From positions 330,001 through 362,000 of the forward strand of contig JAFGBS010000009.1 of assembly GCA_016933055.1 (NCBI GenBank): DNA of 32,000 nt. The letters run 5' to 3'. The notes beneath the pieces are model-generated. The model was not told the DNA's origin and did not search any database. It saw only the letters and a program-made list of their open reading frames with translations. Below are positions 1-9,103 of the stretch, in pieces; the stretch's first letter is position 1; every line of letters begins with the position of its first letter. The stretch is from Promethearchaeota archaeon (GTDB lineage Archaea; Asgardarchaeota; Lokiarchaeia; Sigyniarchaeales; Promethearchaeaceae). The translations under genes and the position numbers were made by a program.

Positions 1-124
1 AAATCCATGAAATTATCAGTTCCACAACTATACTCAAAAATAAACTATGATGTGATGAATAAAGACTGAAATTTTAAGATTATTAGTTCAACTGTTGAAA
101 TATATAATTATTTTAGAGATTTAC

Positions 125-1051
125 TTAATCAGTACAATAAGGTGAAGATGAAAATTTACATGCACAATCAGGCGATTCCATTTCAATTGTACAATGTACC
201 GAGATTTTCGTTAAATAGGATTTAATTTTTTGTTTAAGTTCTTCTAATTCTTCCATCTCACAATATTTGGCAACAGCATGCAAACTGATAATATTATTAA
301 TTCCATCCAAAGACCAAATGTGCAAATCATGGATATTTTCCACACCTTTTATGGATTCTAATTCCTTTATCAATCTCTCAGATTCCTCCGTTGGATTAGC
401 TAGTAATAATATTTTGAAGATTTCTACAATGTATTTACCGGCTTTATATAATATATATGCTGAAAGTATAAGAGACATGATTGTGTCAATGATGGGTAAG
501 TCTACAAATAACAATACTGTACCAGTAATTAGAACGCCTATCCACCCGATCATGTCTTCTAAAAGATGCAAGGAGACAATTTTTTCAGACATTATACGAT
601 TTTTTTTCTTCAGAACAAGCCATAACATAGAGGAACCATTTACTAGTACTCCAATGATAGCAATAGTGAAAATCCATATTCCCGATACTTCCGCTGGTTG
701 AAGTAAGCGTAAAAATGCCTCTCTAATGGCAAAAACTGAACCGATAATTAAGGTCATGGAAGAAACCATTGCTCCCAGTAACGTGAAACGCTTATATCCG
801 AAAGTATAATGTTGATTGGCTTCCTTTTTACTGATTTTTATCATAACCCATAATACAAGTATGGATAAGGTATCTCCCAAATCATGAAATGAGTCTGAAA
901 ATAACGCTGCACTATTAGAGATATACGCTCCACCGAATTCCAGAACTGTAAAAAACATATTCAAAATTAATGGAACTAATAATAATTTAGCAGAATCTAC
1001 CGGAATATCATGATTTGAATGTCCATGATAGTGGTCATGAACGTGGTCCAT
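125..1051 (-). CDS. czcD: Cation diffusion facilitator (CDF) Zn/Co/Cd efflux transporter, CzcD-like
   Basis: His-rich N-terminus (MDHVHDHYHGHSNHD), HxxxD metal sites (SFHDLGD, LHLLED), YTFGYKR loop, C-terminal HDLHIWSLDG domain. Start moved from the ORF-track 1126 to ATG 1051 because AAGGAGGT (1056-1063) lies 4 nt upstream. Confidence 0.9.
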   Translation of the reverse strand: MDHVHDHYHGHSNHDIPVDSAKLLLVPLILNMFFTVLEFGGAYISNSAALFSDSFHDLGDTLSILVLWVMIKISKKEANQHYTFGYKRFTLLGAMVSSMTLIIGSVFAIREAFLRLLQPAEVSGIWIFTIAIIGVLVNGSSMLWLVLKKKNRIMSEKIVSLHLLEDMIGWIGVLITGTVLLFVDLPIIDTIMSLILSAYILYKAGKYIVEIFKILLLANPTEESERLIKELESIKGVENIHDLHIWSLDGINNIISLHAVAKYCEMEELEELKQKIKSYLTKISVHCTIEMESPDCACKFSSSPYCTD

Positions 1052-1134
1052 AGGTACCTCCTTATATAACGAAATTAATAGTTTGTTATTAGTCCCAATA
1101 ATGGTTAACAATCTTTTCAATTTCAATTTATAAT

Positions 1135-2085
1135 CTATATAACAAATGTGTCAAACTTAAATCCTTTAAAAAAACTAGCTGCAGATAATTTTTCCTTATC
1201 ATTCATCCAGGAATCTCTCGGATAACTGACTGGATGATCAATTGAGTGTGCTTTTTCGATCCAAAGGGGATTATAAGGGAGTAAATCTATTAAAGATATA
1301 TTAAGACTTTTTAAGAATTGAGCAATTTCTTTCAAATTATCAGATTTAATCGTGATGTGTGGTATTAACGGGATTCTTGGGACTAGCAAGGGTTTGGATG
1401 CGGGTATTTTTAGTTCACTATTATTTTTCGGAAGAGTAACTAGACCCTCTTTCACCAACTGTTTTAAATTTTCAAGAATGGTTACATTATCCACACCACA
1501 ATATTGAATATGTTTGTTTGAATTCATAATTTTTACGTCATAATATATGAATTGAACCTGTTCAAGTATCTTCTTTGTTTGAGAATTTAATGGAAATAAT
1601 CCACAAGTTTCAATTGCAATTCCTATATTAATTTCCCTCAATCTCATGATAAGATTTAGAATAAATTCAGGGAACATCATAGGTTCACCACCAGAGAGGG
1701 ATATACCTCCATTGGAATTTCTATAAAATATCATATTCGATCTAAATCGTTCTACTAGTTCATTTACTGTGTATAGTTTACCTGCAACTGAAAATACGTC
1801 TGCGGGACAATCTATGGTGCAGCATTGGGATAATATACATACAGATCTATTCAATACCATATTAGGATAATTAAATGCATCATTCGGACAATGCACGAAA
1901 CACTGAGGAGTGCAATGAATACAATTTTTCGGTTGATACACTAATTCGGGGTTGACATTTTGTGCCTCAGGATTCTGGCACCATACGCACTTTAGAGCGC
2001 ACCCCTTAAAGAATATCACACTTCGGATCCCTATCCCATCATCGAGTGAATTTTCTTTTATGTCAACAATATAAGGGACTTTCAT
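1135..2085 (-). CDS. Glycyl-radical enzyme activating enzyme (radical SAM, long form with ferredoxin-like insertion)
   Basis: DDGIGIRSVIFFKGCALKCVWCQNPE (CxxxCxxC), Cys-rich insertion CIHCTPQCFVHCP / CILSQCCTIDCP, GGISLSGGEP, AIETCG; 8 nt downstream of the GRE gene. Confidence 0.93.
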   Translation of the reverse strand: MKVPYIVDIKENSLDDGIGIRSVIFFKGCALKCVWCQNPEAQNVNPELVYQPKNCIHCTPQCFVHCPNDAFNYPNMVLNRSVCILSQCCTIDCPADVFSVAGKLYTVNELVERFRSNMIFYRNSNGGISLSGGEPMMFPEFILNLIMRLREINIGIAIETCGLFPLNSQTKKILEQVQFIYYDVKIMNSNKHIQYCGVDNVTILENLKQLVKEGLVTLPKNNSELKIPASKPLLVPRIPLIPHITIKSDNLKEIAQFLKSLNISLIDLLPYNPLWIEKAHSIDHPVSYPRDSWMNDKEKLSAASFFKGFKFDTFVI

Positions 2086-2093
2086 TGTAACTC

Positions 2094-5033
2094 CTATCTG
2101 AATTGATATCGCTCCAAGATCTCCATTTGCATGGTTTTGTTCAGTGATATGAAATAGGCATTGTATCCACTAACACGAATCATAAGCCATCGGTAATTTT
2201 CGGGATGCACCATTGCATCACGTAACATCTCTGAAGTAACTACATTAAATTGAATCTGTAACCCTGATAAATCAAAGTAGGATTTACTATAATCCGTAAA
2301 ATGCTGAACCGCAGTTTTATGCGGATCATTTGGTCCGGGTACTAATTTGACATTAAATGCGAGATTATTTGGAGTTTTCAAGTGGTCAATAGCAGCGACA
2401 GTTTTGATATTTTGGATGAGTTGGTCGGAGGAACCAGCTGAGGGTGTAATGCCTGGAGTAAAAGCTTTCCCACGCAAGCGTCCAGATGGGAGAGCACCCG
2501 ACAGTTTACCAAAAGCACTATGATTTGACATAGACCAAAATCCAACCATATATCTCCCCCCTCTGTAATTTTCGTGCTGGTAGTATTCATTATAAAGAAA
2601 ATCAACAAGATCATGAGCTAAACTCATTAGATCGGGATTATCTCCGGATCCAAATTTGGGTAGATTTGAAATGCGTTGAAGAATCACCTTATCTTCATTA
2701 TGAGAGAAATTTCTATCTAATATTTTTTTCAATGAGTATAAATCCAAAATTTTATCTTCATACACTAATTTTTTAATTGAATATAAGGAATCAATCACAT
2801 CGGTTAATGCCACTAACGCTACACCTGTGGAGTTATAGTGTGCACCCCCATCAACGACATCAGTTGCGGTTTCCACACAGTCCTCAATCATAGTAGAGAG
2901 AAAAGGTGTGGGATGATACTTTTGATGCATTATCCCACAATTATTGTTATATTCGACAGTGTGAGCGATCATATTCCCCATCTGCTTTTTATATCCATGT
3001 ACGACACTTTTAAATGTAGGGAAATGTTCGTTTGTAAATTCTCCCGTTGTTAATCCGACTTGAGGATGAATTAAAGGATGGTATCCATTTCCAAACAGCA
3101 TTTCTAATGGAGCAACAAGGTTTACCATAAGACATCCTGTGTGTCCGAAGTGTTTCCCGACACTAGTTGGTTCAACACACCCAGTAGCTGCCCAATTGTT
3201 TGCATCTTGTTCCGAAAATCCATGTACTTTCTGAACGGTTTCAATCATCAATTTGTCATTATGAATGCTTGGCGTAGACGTGGTATTGATGTTTACTTCA
3301 CATAACCGAGCGAGGTATTCATGAGAATTGAAATCTGGATGATATTTTGCATTTACGTTGGGATCCCGAATTGATAACATTTCGGTAACCTTCAAAAATA
3401 TGTAAGTGAGATCATTTACTGCATTTTTACCATTCACTGTAATCCCTCCAAGAGTGAGTGCTTGATCAGAGGAAGATCCTCCAAAAAGTTTATTTCCCAC
3501 ATTTGGAACCATTGGTAAATGATCTTGCGCTTTAAGATAAAAAGCTCCAATTAATTCAATAACTTTTCGAATGTATTGGTCTTGTTCAGATTCAGAGGAT
3601 AAGGTTTCCATATCTTTGAGAAAATAGGGATATAAAACTTGATCCAAGCGACCTAATGATAATCCTGCGTTCATATTTTCTTGATGTAGACATAGCCATG
3701 TAATCCAGATTGCAGTAATTGCTTCCCGAAAATTGCCTGCGGCTTTATTAGGAACTTGCTTAAGAACAGTATAAATTTCTGGCAAATTATTAGCATTCGA
3801 ATCATTTACATTTTTTATTTTTTTTAATTGCGATTCAACCTCTAATTTTAAATTTTCACCATATATTTGCATTCCTGCAAGGCATGCTTTCATCCCGGTA
3901 TAATACTGTTTTTTCTTTTCATTTTCAGTAATCAAAATTCTTTCATTAAATTCCTCAATTAAATTATTTAATCCATTATCTAAAATGACTGAAAAATTAG
4001 GTATGGTATGGCTTATGGCTTGGGTTTTCCATTCGAAGAAAAGGCTGAAGAATTCTTCCATCCGTTGAGATTTCGGATTATTAAAATGTGAACGAGCCAA
4101 CTCTCGTATGTTTCTATCCATCCAATAAGGATATACATATTTATTGAGGAGTTCAGCATCTTCTTCACTGATATGATAAGGATTTAACTCTCGACTCTGC
4201 ATGGTTGCGAGTTCTGGCCACATTCCTACTCCACCAAACTCTGGAAACAGTAAAACTCCAAGTTTTTTACTGGTAGTGCTTCCAGGAAGTAGGTCTCCTT
4301 CAAAGATTCTTGGAGTTTTATGGGATAAAAGGTATTTTAGCATCAAACCTTGACGCTCGCCAGCTTCCCATTCTGTTCCGTCTAATTTTCTCTCGAATCC
4401 ATTTTGCTTGAAAAATTGCGTTATAAGTTTTGCCCGTTCGGTGCAGAAATGGGCATGTGTAGAGAACCACTCATTTTTCATCCTCTCCAGAATTGGGAAA
4501 TCACGGAGCTTATATCTACCGAGGTAGGGATCTTTTAGAAACTGAACACCATCAACTTTTCTATCCAGTATCAGGTTTTCTTTCATTTTTATTTTCTCTT
4601 CTTCTTCTGTGATCTTTGTCGGAGGAGGGAAATTTTTGGATAGTTTCTTTTTTGGTTTGGTTGGAAAAATAGTAGAGAGGTAACTGAATTTACTAAGATG
4701 TGAGAGACTTCCAATATAGTATAACTCTCCCGAAAGTAACATATCTAATGATTGATCTGCAGAAATCGTTGCGGCGTACGCCATAGTTTTCTTATCTTTA
4801 TAAACTAAAGTTGTATCTGGATTTGGATGATGTTTAAGCAATTTCATGCGTCCATTATGAAATTTGATATAGATATTTGCATCTTCTAATCGAGTTGTTA
4901 TTCTCATTATAACATTGAACGCATAATCTTCTTCTGGGATGTAAATTTCCTCCCGAAACTTTGAAAATAATCGGAATTTTAAAGCCATTAACCGCAATCC
5001 CAATTTGAAGATAAAAATAGATGCCATAAGCAT
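2094..5033 (-). CDS. Glycyl radical enzyme (PFL2/dehydratase-eliminase class) with N-terminal SCP2-like domain
   Basis: Gly loop RVSGY (2163-2177), single-Cys loop GCVEP (3168-3182), SLGRLDQVLYPY, ALTLGG; ~120-aa N-terminal extension with an SCP2-like pattern. True start may be a later Met (e.g. MALKF, 4988). Confidence 0.9.
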   Translation of the reverse strand: MLMASIFIFKLGLRLMALKFRLFSKFREEIYIPEEDYAFNVIMRITTRLEDANIYIKFHNGRMKLLKHHPNPDTTLVYKDKKTMAYAATISADQSLDMLLSGELYYIGSLSHLSKFSYLSTIFPTKPKKKLSKNFPPPTKITEEEEKIKMKENLILDRKVDGVQFLKDPYLGRYKLRDFPILERMKNEWFSTHAHFCTERAKLITQFFKQNGFERKLDGTEWEAGERQGLMLKYLLSHKTPRIFEGDLLPGSTTSKKLGVLLFPEFGGVGMWPELATMQSRELNPYHISEEDAELLNKYVYPYWMDRNIRELARSHFNNPKSQRMEEFFSLFFEWKTQAISHTIPNFSVILDNGLNNLIEEFNERILITENEKKKQYYTGMKACLAGMQIYGENLKLEVESQLKKIKNVNDSNANNLPEIYTVLKQVPNKAAGNFREAITAIWITWLCLHQENMNAGLSLGRLDQVLYPYFLKDMETLSSESEQDQYIRKVIELIGAFYLKAQDHLPMVPNVGNKLFGGSSSDQALTLGGITVNGKNAVNDLTYIFLKVTEMLSIRDPNVNAKYHPDFNSHEYLARLCEVNINTTSTPSIHNDKLMIETVQKVHGFSEQDANNWAATGCVEPTSVGKHFGHTGCLMVNLVAPLEMLFGNGYHPLIHPQVGLTTGEFTNEHFPTFKSVVHGYKKQMGNMIAHTVEYNNNCGIMHQKYHPTPFLSTMIEDCVETATDVVDGGAHYNSTGVALVALTDVIDSLYSIKKLVYEDKILDLYSLKKILDRNFSHNEDKVILQRISNLPKFGSGDNPDLMSLAHDLVDFLYNEYYQHENYRGGRYMVGFWSMSNHSAFGKLSGALPSGRLRGKAFTPGITPSAGSSDQLIQNIKTVAAIDHLKTPNNLAFNVKLVPGPNDPHKTAVQHFTDYSKSYFDLSGLQIQFNVVTSEMLRDAMVHPENYRWLMIRVSGYNAYFISLNKTMQMEILERYQFR

Positions 5034-5075
5034 AGGATTGATTTATTTTCTAATTAAAACTTATGCTTAAGAATA

Positions 5076-5711
5076 CTATTGTTGGTCTTCCAATGATGCA
5101 TATATCTCTTTCCATGAATGACATACAAACTCAGAATGACCAGAAAATGTAGTCTCCCCTTTAATTGTGTCAAATCCTAATACAGCATACTCATATGGTT
5201 TAAACAGGTCACCGTCCTTCGGATGAGTAATAATCCCTACCCCAGAGGGAAATTTCGAAACGATTTTCCGTATTACGTCTCGCTTATAACTATACAATGA
5301 TTCATGGGTTTGCTTGAAGTATAGGTGTATCTTATCCATGGGAAATTGGAGATTGGACAATTGTTCGAGTGTTTTTTCCTGTAATTGTTTGATTCGCTCA
5401 CTAATGATATGTGTTTCAAAGTGTTTGGACAATTTGGTTAATCCTTCAACAGCACCCTTAAATGCTATTTCGAGATCCAGCATATTGTATTGGTTGTAAA
5501 TCTCATAAAATCGATTTCTACGACTACTTGCAGAAAAGCTAATCGTATTTGTCATAAAACTGGCGATTTTCTCATGATTTTCCTTATTACTCAAGTAATT
5601 CTTGATGGATTGATCATCCCATCCAATTTCCTTATATGTCTGAAATTTTCTTGGAGTGGGATCTAATATAATGTATTCTAAAGATGGAATAACTAGGGCA
5701 AAATGTGCCAT
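5076..5711 (-). CDS. Hypothetical protein, degenerate HAD-fold (5'-nucleotidase-like)
   Basis: GAVEGLTKLSKHFETHIISER...KTLEQL and C-terminal EFVCHSWKEI resemble NT5C-type HAD segments, but there is no DxD motif I. Confidence 0.5.
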   Translation of the reverse strand: MAHFALVIPSLEYIILDPTPRKFQTYKEIGWDDQSIKNYLSNKENHEKIASFMTNTISFSASSRRNRFYEIYNQYNMLDLEIAFKGAVEGLTKLSKHFETHIISERIKQLQEKTLEQLSNLQFPMDKIHLYFKQTHESLYSYKRDVIRKIVSKFPSGVGIITHPKDGDLFKPYEYAVLGFDTIKGETTFSGHSEFVCHSWKEIYASLEDQQ

Positions 5712-5725
5712 ATTGTATATAATGC

Positions 5726-6478
5726 CTATTTTTCCTTAATGGGTACGTCAACAACGTCTTGGGATTGTTTGATTGTAAAAAAGAATCTTTGTTGATAACG
5801 CTCCAAAATCCGAATCGTTTGTTCACCAAAAACGATTAGAAAAATGAAATTAGACAAGGCATGAGCAATATCAAATGGAATACTCTGGATATTCGTAGCT
5901 ATGAATGATGCGAGGGATATAGGCCTGATTAACAACCATGACCATATATTCATAAACCATCCATAAAGAAATGCGAGGAGAAAACCCATTAATGCTAATA
6001 TCCATTTATCGGGTTGTTTATTTCTTGTCTTCCCTAACGCACCTCCTAGTAATCCGAAAAATCCCCAAGCAAATATTTGATAGATTGTCCAGACACCTTG
6101 TCCGAGAAATATATTAGATAAAAACGCAGTATTCCCTCCAATTATGAATCCGATTAATGGACCAAATACATAACCTGCGCAAAGAACTAAGAAAGAAACG
6201 GGTTGGACACTGGGAATTCCAACAAAAGGGATCCTAGCTACTGCAGCGAAGGCACTATATATAGCAATTAGGGCAATTTCTTTCGAAGAAATATCCGATT
6301 CTTCAAATTTAAAATATATTGCAAGGATGAATAACAATAAGTAAATCATCCCAATGAGAATTAATGCTAAACTGGGAATTTCATTAACATTGATTTGCTG
6401 ATTAAAAATAATTGGGATCAGGAATGTTAAAATGCCAATTGTGAGTATAAATATGAATAGAAAATTACTGCGTTTCGT
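5726..6478 (-). CDS. ECF transporter substrate-binding (S) component, CbrT (cobalamin)-like
   Basis: KEIALIAIYSAFAAVARIPF, VQPVSFLV, SNIFLGQGVWTIYQIFAWG, DIAHALSN. ORF track starts at ATG 6349, but the frame is open upstream with two more hydrophobic helices up to an SD-preceded ACG at 6478. Confidence 0.8.
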   Translation of the reverse strand, partial: TKRSNFLFIFILTIGILTFLIPIIFNQQINVNEIPSLALILIGMIYLLLFILAIYFKFEESDISSKEIALIAIYSAFAAVARIPFVGIPSVQPVSFLVLCAGYVFGPLIGFIIGGNTAFLSNIFLGQGVWTIYQIFAWGFFGLLGGALGKTRNKQPDKWILALMGFLLAFLYGWFMNIWSWLLIRPISLASFIATNIQSIPFDIAHALSNFIFLIVFGEQTIRILERYQQRFFFTIKQSQDVVDVPIKEK

Positions 6479-8150
6479 TTCTAAAAACCTCCAATAAATT
6501 TTCTGCAGTCAATACGAAATCTGGAATTTCTTTAAAATTCTTTACTAAACGATTGATTTGTGGGATGAATGGTTCATAGTTCGGTAGAATCTTATGTGGT
6601 AGACCATCATCCACTATCCCACCTTCAGATAAAATAATAACTCTATGAGCATATTTGGCTACTGTTTCTATGTCATGGGTCACCAAGATTACGGAATTTC
6701 CATTGGAGCAATAATTATTTAAAAACCTCATGAAATCGGTTTTTTGTCCAATATCCAATCCATGAGTAGGTTCATCTAACACAAGAAGTGTTGGTTTTAA
6801 AAGCAATACCGTGGCTAATGCTGCTCGTTGTTGCTCCCCAATTGATAAAAATCTACCATATCTAGATGAGTAACGCGTCAAATCAAAAGTTTTTAGGCAG
6901 TTTCGGATCGCAGATTCTCGCGTTCTTTCATCTTTATATCCATAATTTCGCAGAACAAAATCAAATTCGTCGTGAAGATTATCTTGATAAAATTGAATCG
7001 ATGGATTTTGGAAGATATACCCGACTTTTCTCGCCATTTCTGCCACTGATTTTGAATTGGCATTTTCTCCATTAAGAAGAATTTTCCCTTTGACTGGTCT
7101 TAGCAATCCATTCATATGCTTAAGTAAAGTGGTCTTTCCACTACCATTTCTCCCCATTATTGCAATAAATTCACCTGGATATATATTCAGAGAAACCTCT
7201 CGTAAAATCCAATCCGAAGATGTTGAATACTTAAACCAAATATCAGATAACTCTAATAGGGGATTTGAATCTGGATTTGGAGGAGTGTATGGATTAAATT
7301 TAAAATCCTTACGGGGTGTATGGATTTTTAAAATTTCTGTCATGGCACTTATGGCATCATGTAATGTTAATGGTGTAAATGTTTGCCTTATTTGTGAAGG
7401 AAAATTTTGAAAAAAATGAACAATGGGGGGTGAAAATGACCGAGCTTCTGGAAATTTATATATCACTTCGGTGGGGGAAGAATCCGCTATTATTTTTCCC
7501 TTTTTCATTAAAACTATACGATCAATATAATCGATTACCCGTTCTAAACGATGTTCTGTAATAATAATGGTTTTCTGATGTTTTTGATTTAAACTGACTA
7601 ATAATTCCATTAATTCCTTCGCTGCGTAGGGATCTAATTCTGATGTTGGTTCATCCATCAATAAAATTTCAGGACCCATTACTAAAATAGAAGCAAGAGC
7701 AACTTTTTGTTTTTCACCCCCCGATAATGTAGTAATTTTTCTGGATAAAAGATTAGTAAATCCCAGATCTTCTGCAACTTCCTGAATTCGTGAGTCCATT
7801 TTGTCTTTTGGGAATCCAAGATTTTCCATACCAAATGCAATTTCTGAATCAACACTACTCATAAATAACTGATTTTCTGGATTCTGAAACACCGTTCCCA
7901 CATGTTGGGATAATTTACGAGGGCTAAGTTCAAACGGATTTTCCCCTAAAACTTGAATGTTACCAGTCAAAAGACCGCCATAAAAATGAGGTATTAATCC
8001 ATTTACAGCTCTCATTAAGGTGGTTTTTCCACATCCGGATTCTCCTGTAATTAAAATGAAATCCCCTTTACTTACCTGCAATGATATCCCCTCTAAAGCA
8101 GGGGAAGGTGTTTTATTGTACGTAAAGCTCAAATTCTCGATCCGTATCAC
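6465..8150 (-). CDS. ecfA: ECF transporter fused A-A' ATPase
   Basis: Two NBDs: GESGCGKTT / LSGGEKQKV / LLMDEPT and GRNGSGKTT / LSIGEQQR / LVLDEPT; VFQNPENQLF Q-loop; GTG start overlaps the ecfT stop (GTGA) with GGAGG upstream. Confidence 0.93.
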   Translation of the reverse strand: MIRIENLSFTYNKTPSPALEGISLQVSKGDFILITGESGCGKTTLMRAVNGLIPHFYGGLLTGNIQVLGENPFELSPRKLSQHVGTVFQNPENQLFMSSVDSEIAFGMENLGFPKDKMDSRIQEVAEDLGFTNLLSRKITTLSGGEKQKVALASILVMGPEILLMDEPTSELDPYAAKELMELLVSLNQKHQKTIIITEHRLERVIDYIDRIVLMKKGKIIADSSPTEVIYKFPEARSFSPPIVHFFQNFPSQIRQTFTPLTLHDAISAMTEILKIHTPRKDFKFNPYTPPNPDSNPLLELSDIWFKYSTSSDWILREVSLNIYPGEFIAIMGRNGSGKTTLLKHMNGLLRPVKGKILLNGENANSKSVAEMARKVGYIFQNPSIQFYQDNLHDEFDFVLRNYGYKDERTRESAIRNCLKTFDLTRYSSRYGRFLSIGEQQRAALATVLLLKPTLLVLDEPTHGLDIGQKTDFMRFLNNYCSNGNSVILVTHDIETVAKYAHRVIILSEGGIVDDGLPHKILPNYEPFIPQINRLVKNFKEIPDFVLTAENLLEVFRNETQ

Positions 8151-9055
8151 CTTTGATTTCCTCCCATCTGTAATAAGAGAATCTGACTTATTCCCACAAT
8201 AAGAATACCCATTACGAACATAATATCATAAAACTGAATGGTTGGAATTGTTAGCTCAGGTAATATTTGAAAGATTCCGAACCCCGCGATTTTCAAACCC
8301 ACTAATGCTGCAAGCAATCCAAAAATTATAAAGACATTTAGATAATCTGTAAATCTAAATCGTATGCGAGAATAAAAAGTTCGTTTCTTTTCTCTATTAA
8401 AAGCACGTGTTTCTAATGCTTCCGATACCTGAATTGAACGCTCTAAGGAATTTGTGAGTAAAGGAAGTAATAAGACCATTTTTCTTCTGATTTTTTGAAA
8501 AAATCTGCCTTTTTCTAATTCAAATCCACGTGCTTTTTGCACATCACTGATGATCTCCAAATCCCCTTTTAAAAGGGGAAAAAATCGAAGGGAAAGTGTG
8601 ATTAAAAGCACTATTATATATGGTAACCTTAATTTTATTAAAGTTTGCATTAATTGATCGGTATCTATAAGGAGATTAAACAAAATAAAACTATAAATAA
8701 CTATCAAAAGTTGAAAAGATGTTATGAAACTTAAGATCAATGCGTTCCATGTTATAATAAATGATCCCAATACAGGTACCTTCTCATAATAAACGATAAT
8801 ATTATTACCTTGCCGATTTAATAGAGTATACAAAATTATCAGAATAAAAACCATGATAAAATAATATCTGAGAGATCTCATCGATTCTTTAAACTTTTTT
8901 GCAATGATAGACAAGATAATGAGGTTAAGGAATAAAATTATGAGATATAAAGGATGATTGAACAGAAAGGAGAAAATAAAATAACTGATTAAAATAAAAA
9001 ACTTAACCAATGCATTCGTCCGGGCGATTTTATTAGGGGATGATGAGTAGGTCAA
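8147..9055 (-). CDS. ecfT: ECF transporter transmembrane T component
   Basis: Hydrophobic N-terminal half, LSLRFFP, coupling-helix motifs QKARG and LETRA; adjacent to ECF ATPase and S component. Confidence 0.9.
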   Translation of the reverse strand: MTYSSSPNKIARTNALVKFFILISYFIFSFLFNHPLYLIILFLNLIILSIIAKKFKESMRSLRYYFIMVFILIILYTLLNRQGNNIIVYYEKVPVLGSFIITWNALILSFITSFQLLIVIYSFILFNLLIDTDQLMQTLIKLRLPYIIVLLITLSLRFFPLLKGDLEIISDVQKARGFELEKGRFFQKIRRKMVLLLPLLTNSLERSIQVSEALETRAFNREKKRTFYSRIRFRFTDYLNVFIIFGLLAALVGLKIAGFGIFQILPELTIPTIQFYDIMFVMGILIVGISQILLLQMGGNQR

Positions 9056-9103
9056 CTTTCCTACCTAATATCTTAGGTACCATCTTAATTAAATCAAACT
9101 CCT

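Noticed and set aside
267-701. 144-aa plus-strand ORF and the other short antisense or nested ORFs in the track (e.g. 2378-2614, 7057-7410, 16679-16978, 19959-20264, 24264-24575, 29036-29344)
   Set aside because: They lie fully within well-supported genes (on the opposite strand or in another frame) and have no recognisable motifs; shadow ORFs.
2094-5033. Calling the GRE pyruvate formate-lyase (pflB)
   Set aside because: PFL needs the vicinal Cys-Cys and a short activase; here the loop is single-Cys GCVEP and the activase has a ferredoxin insertion.
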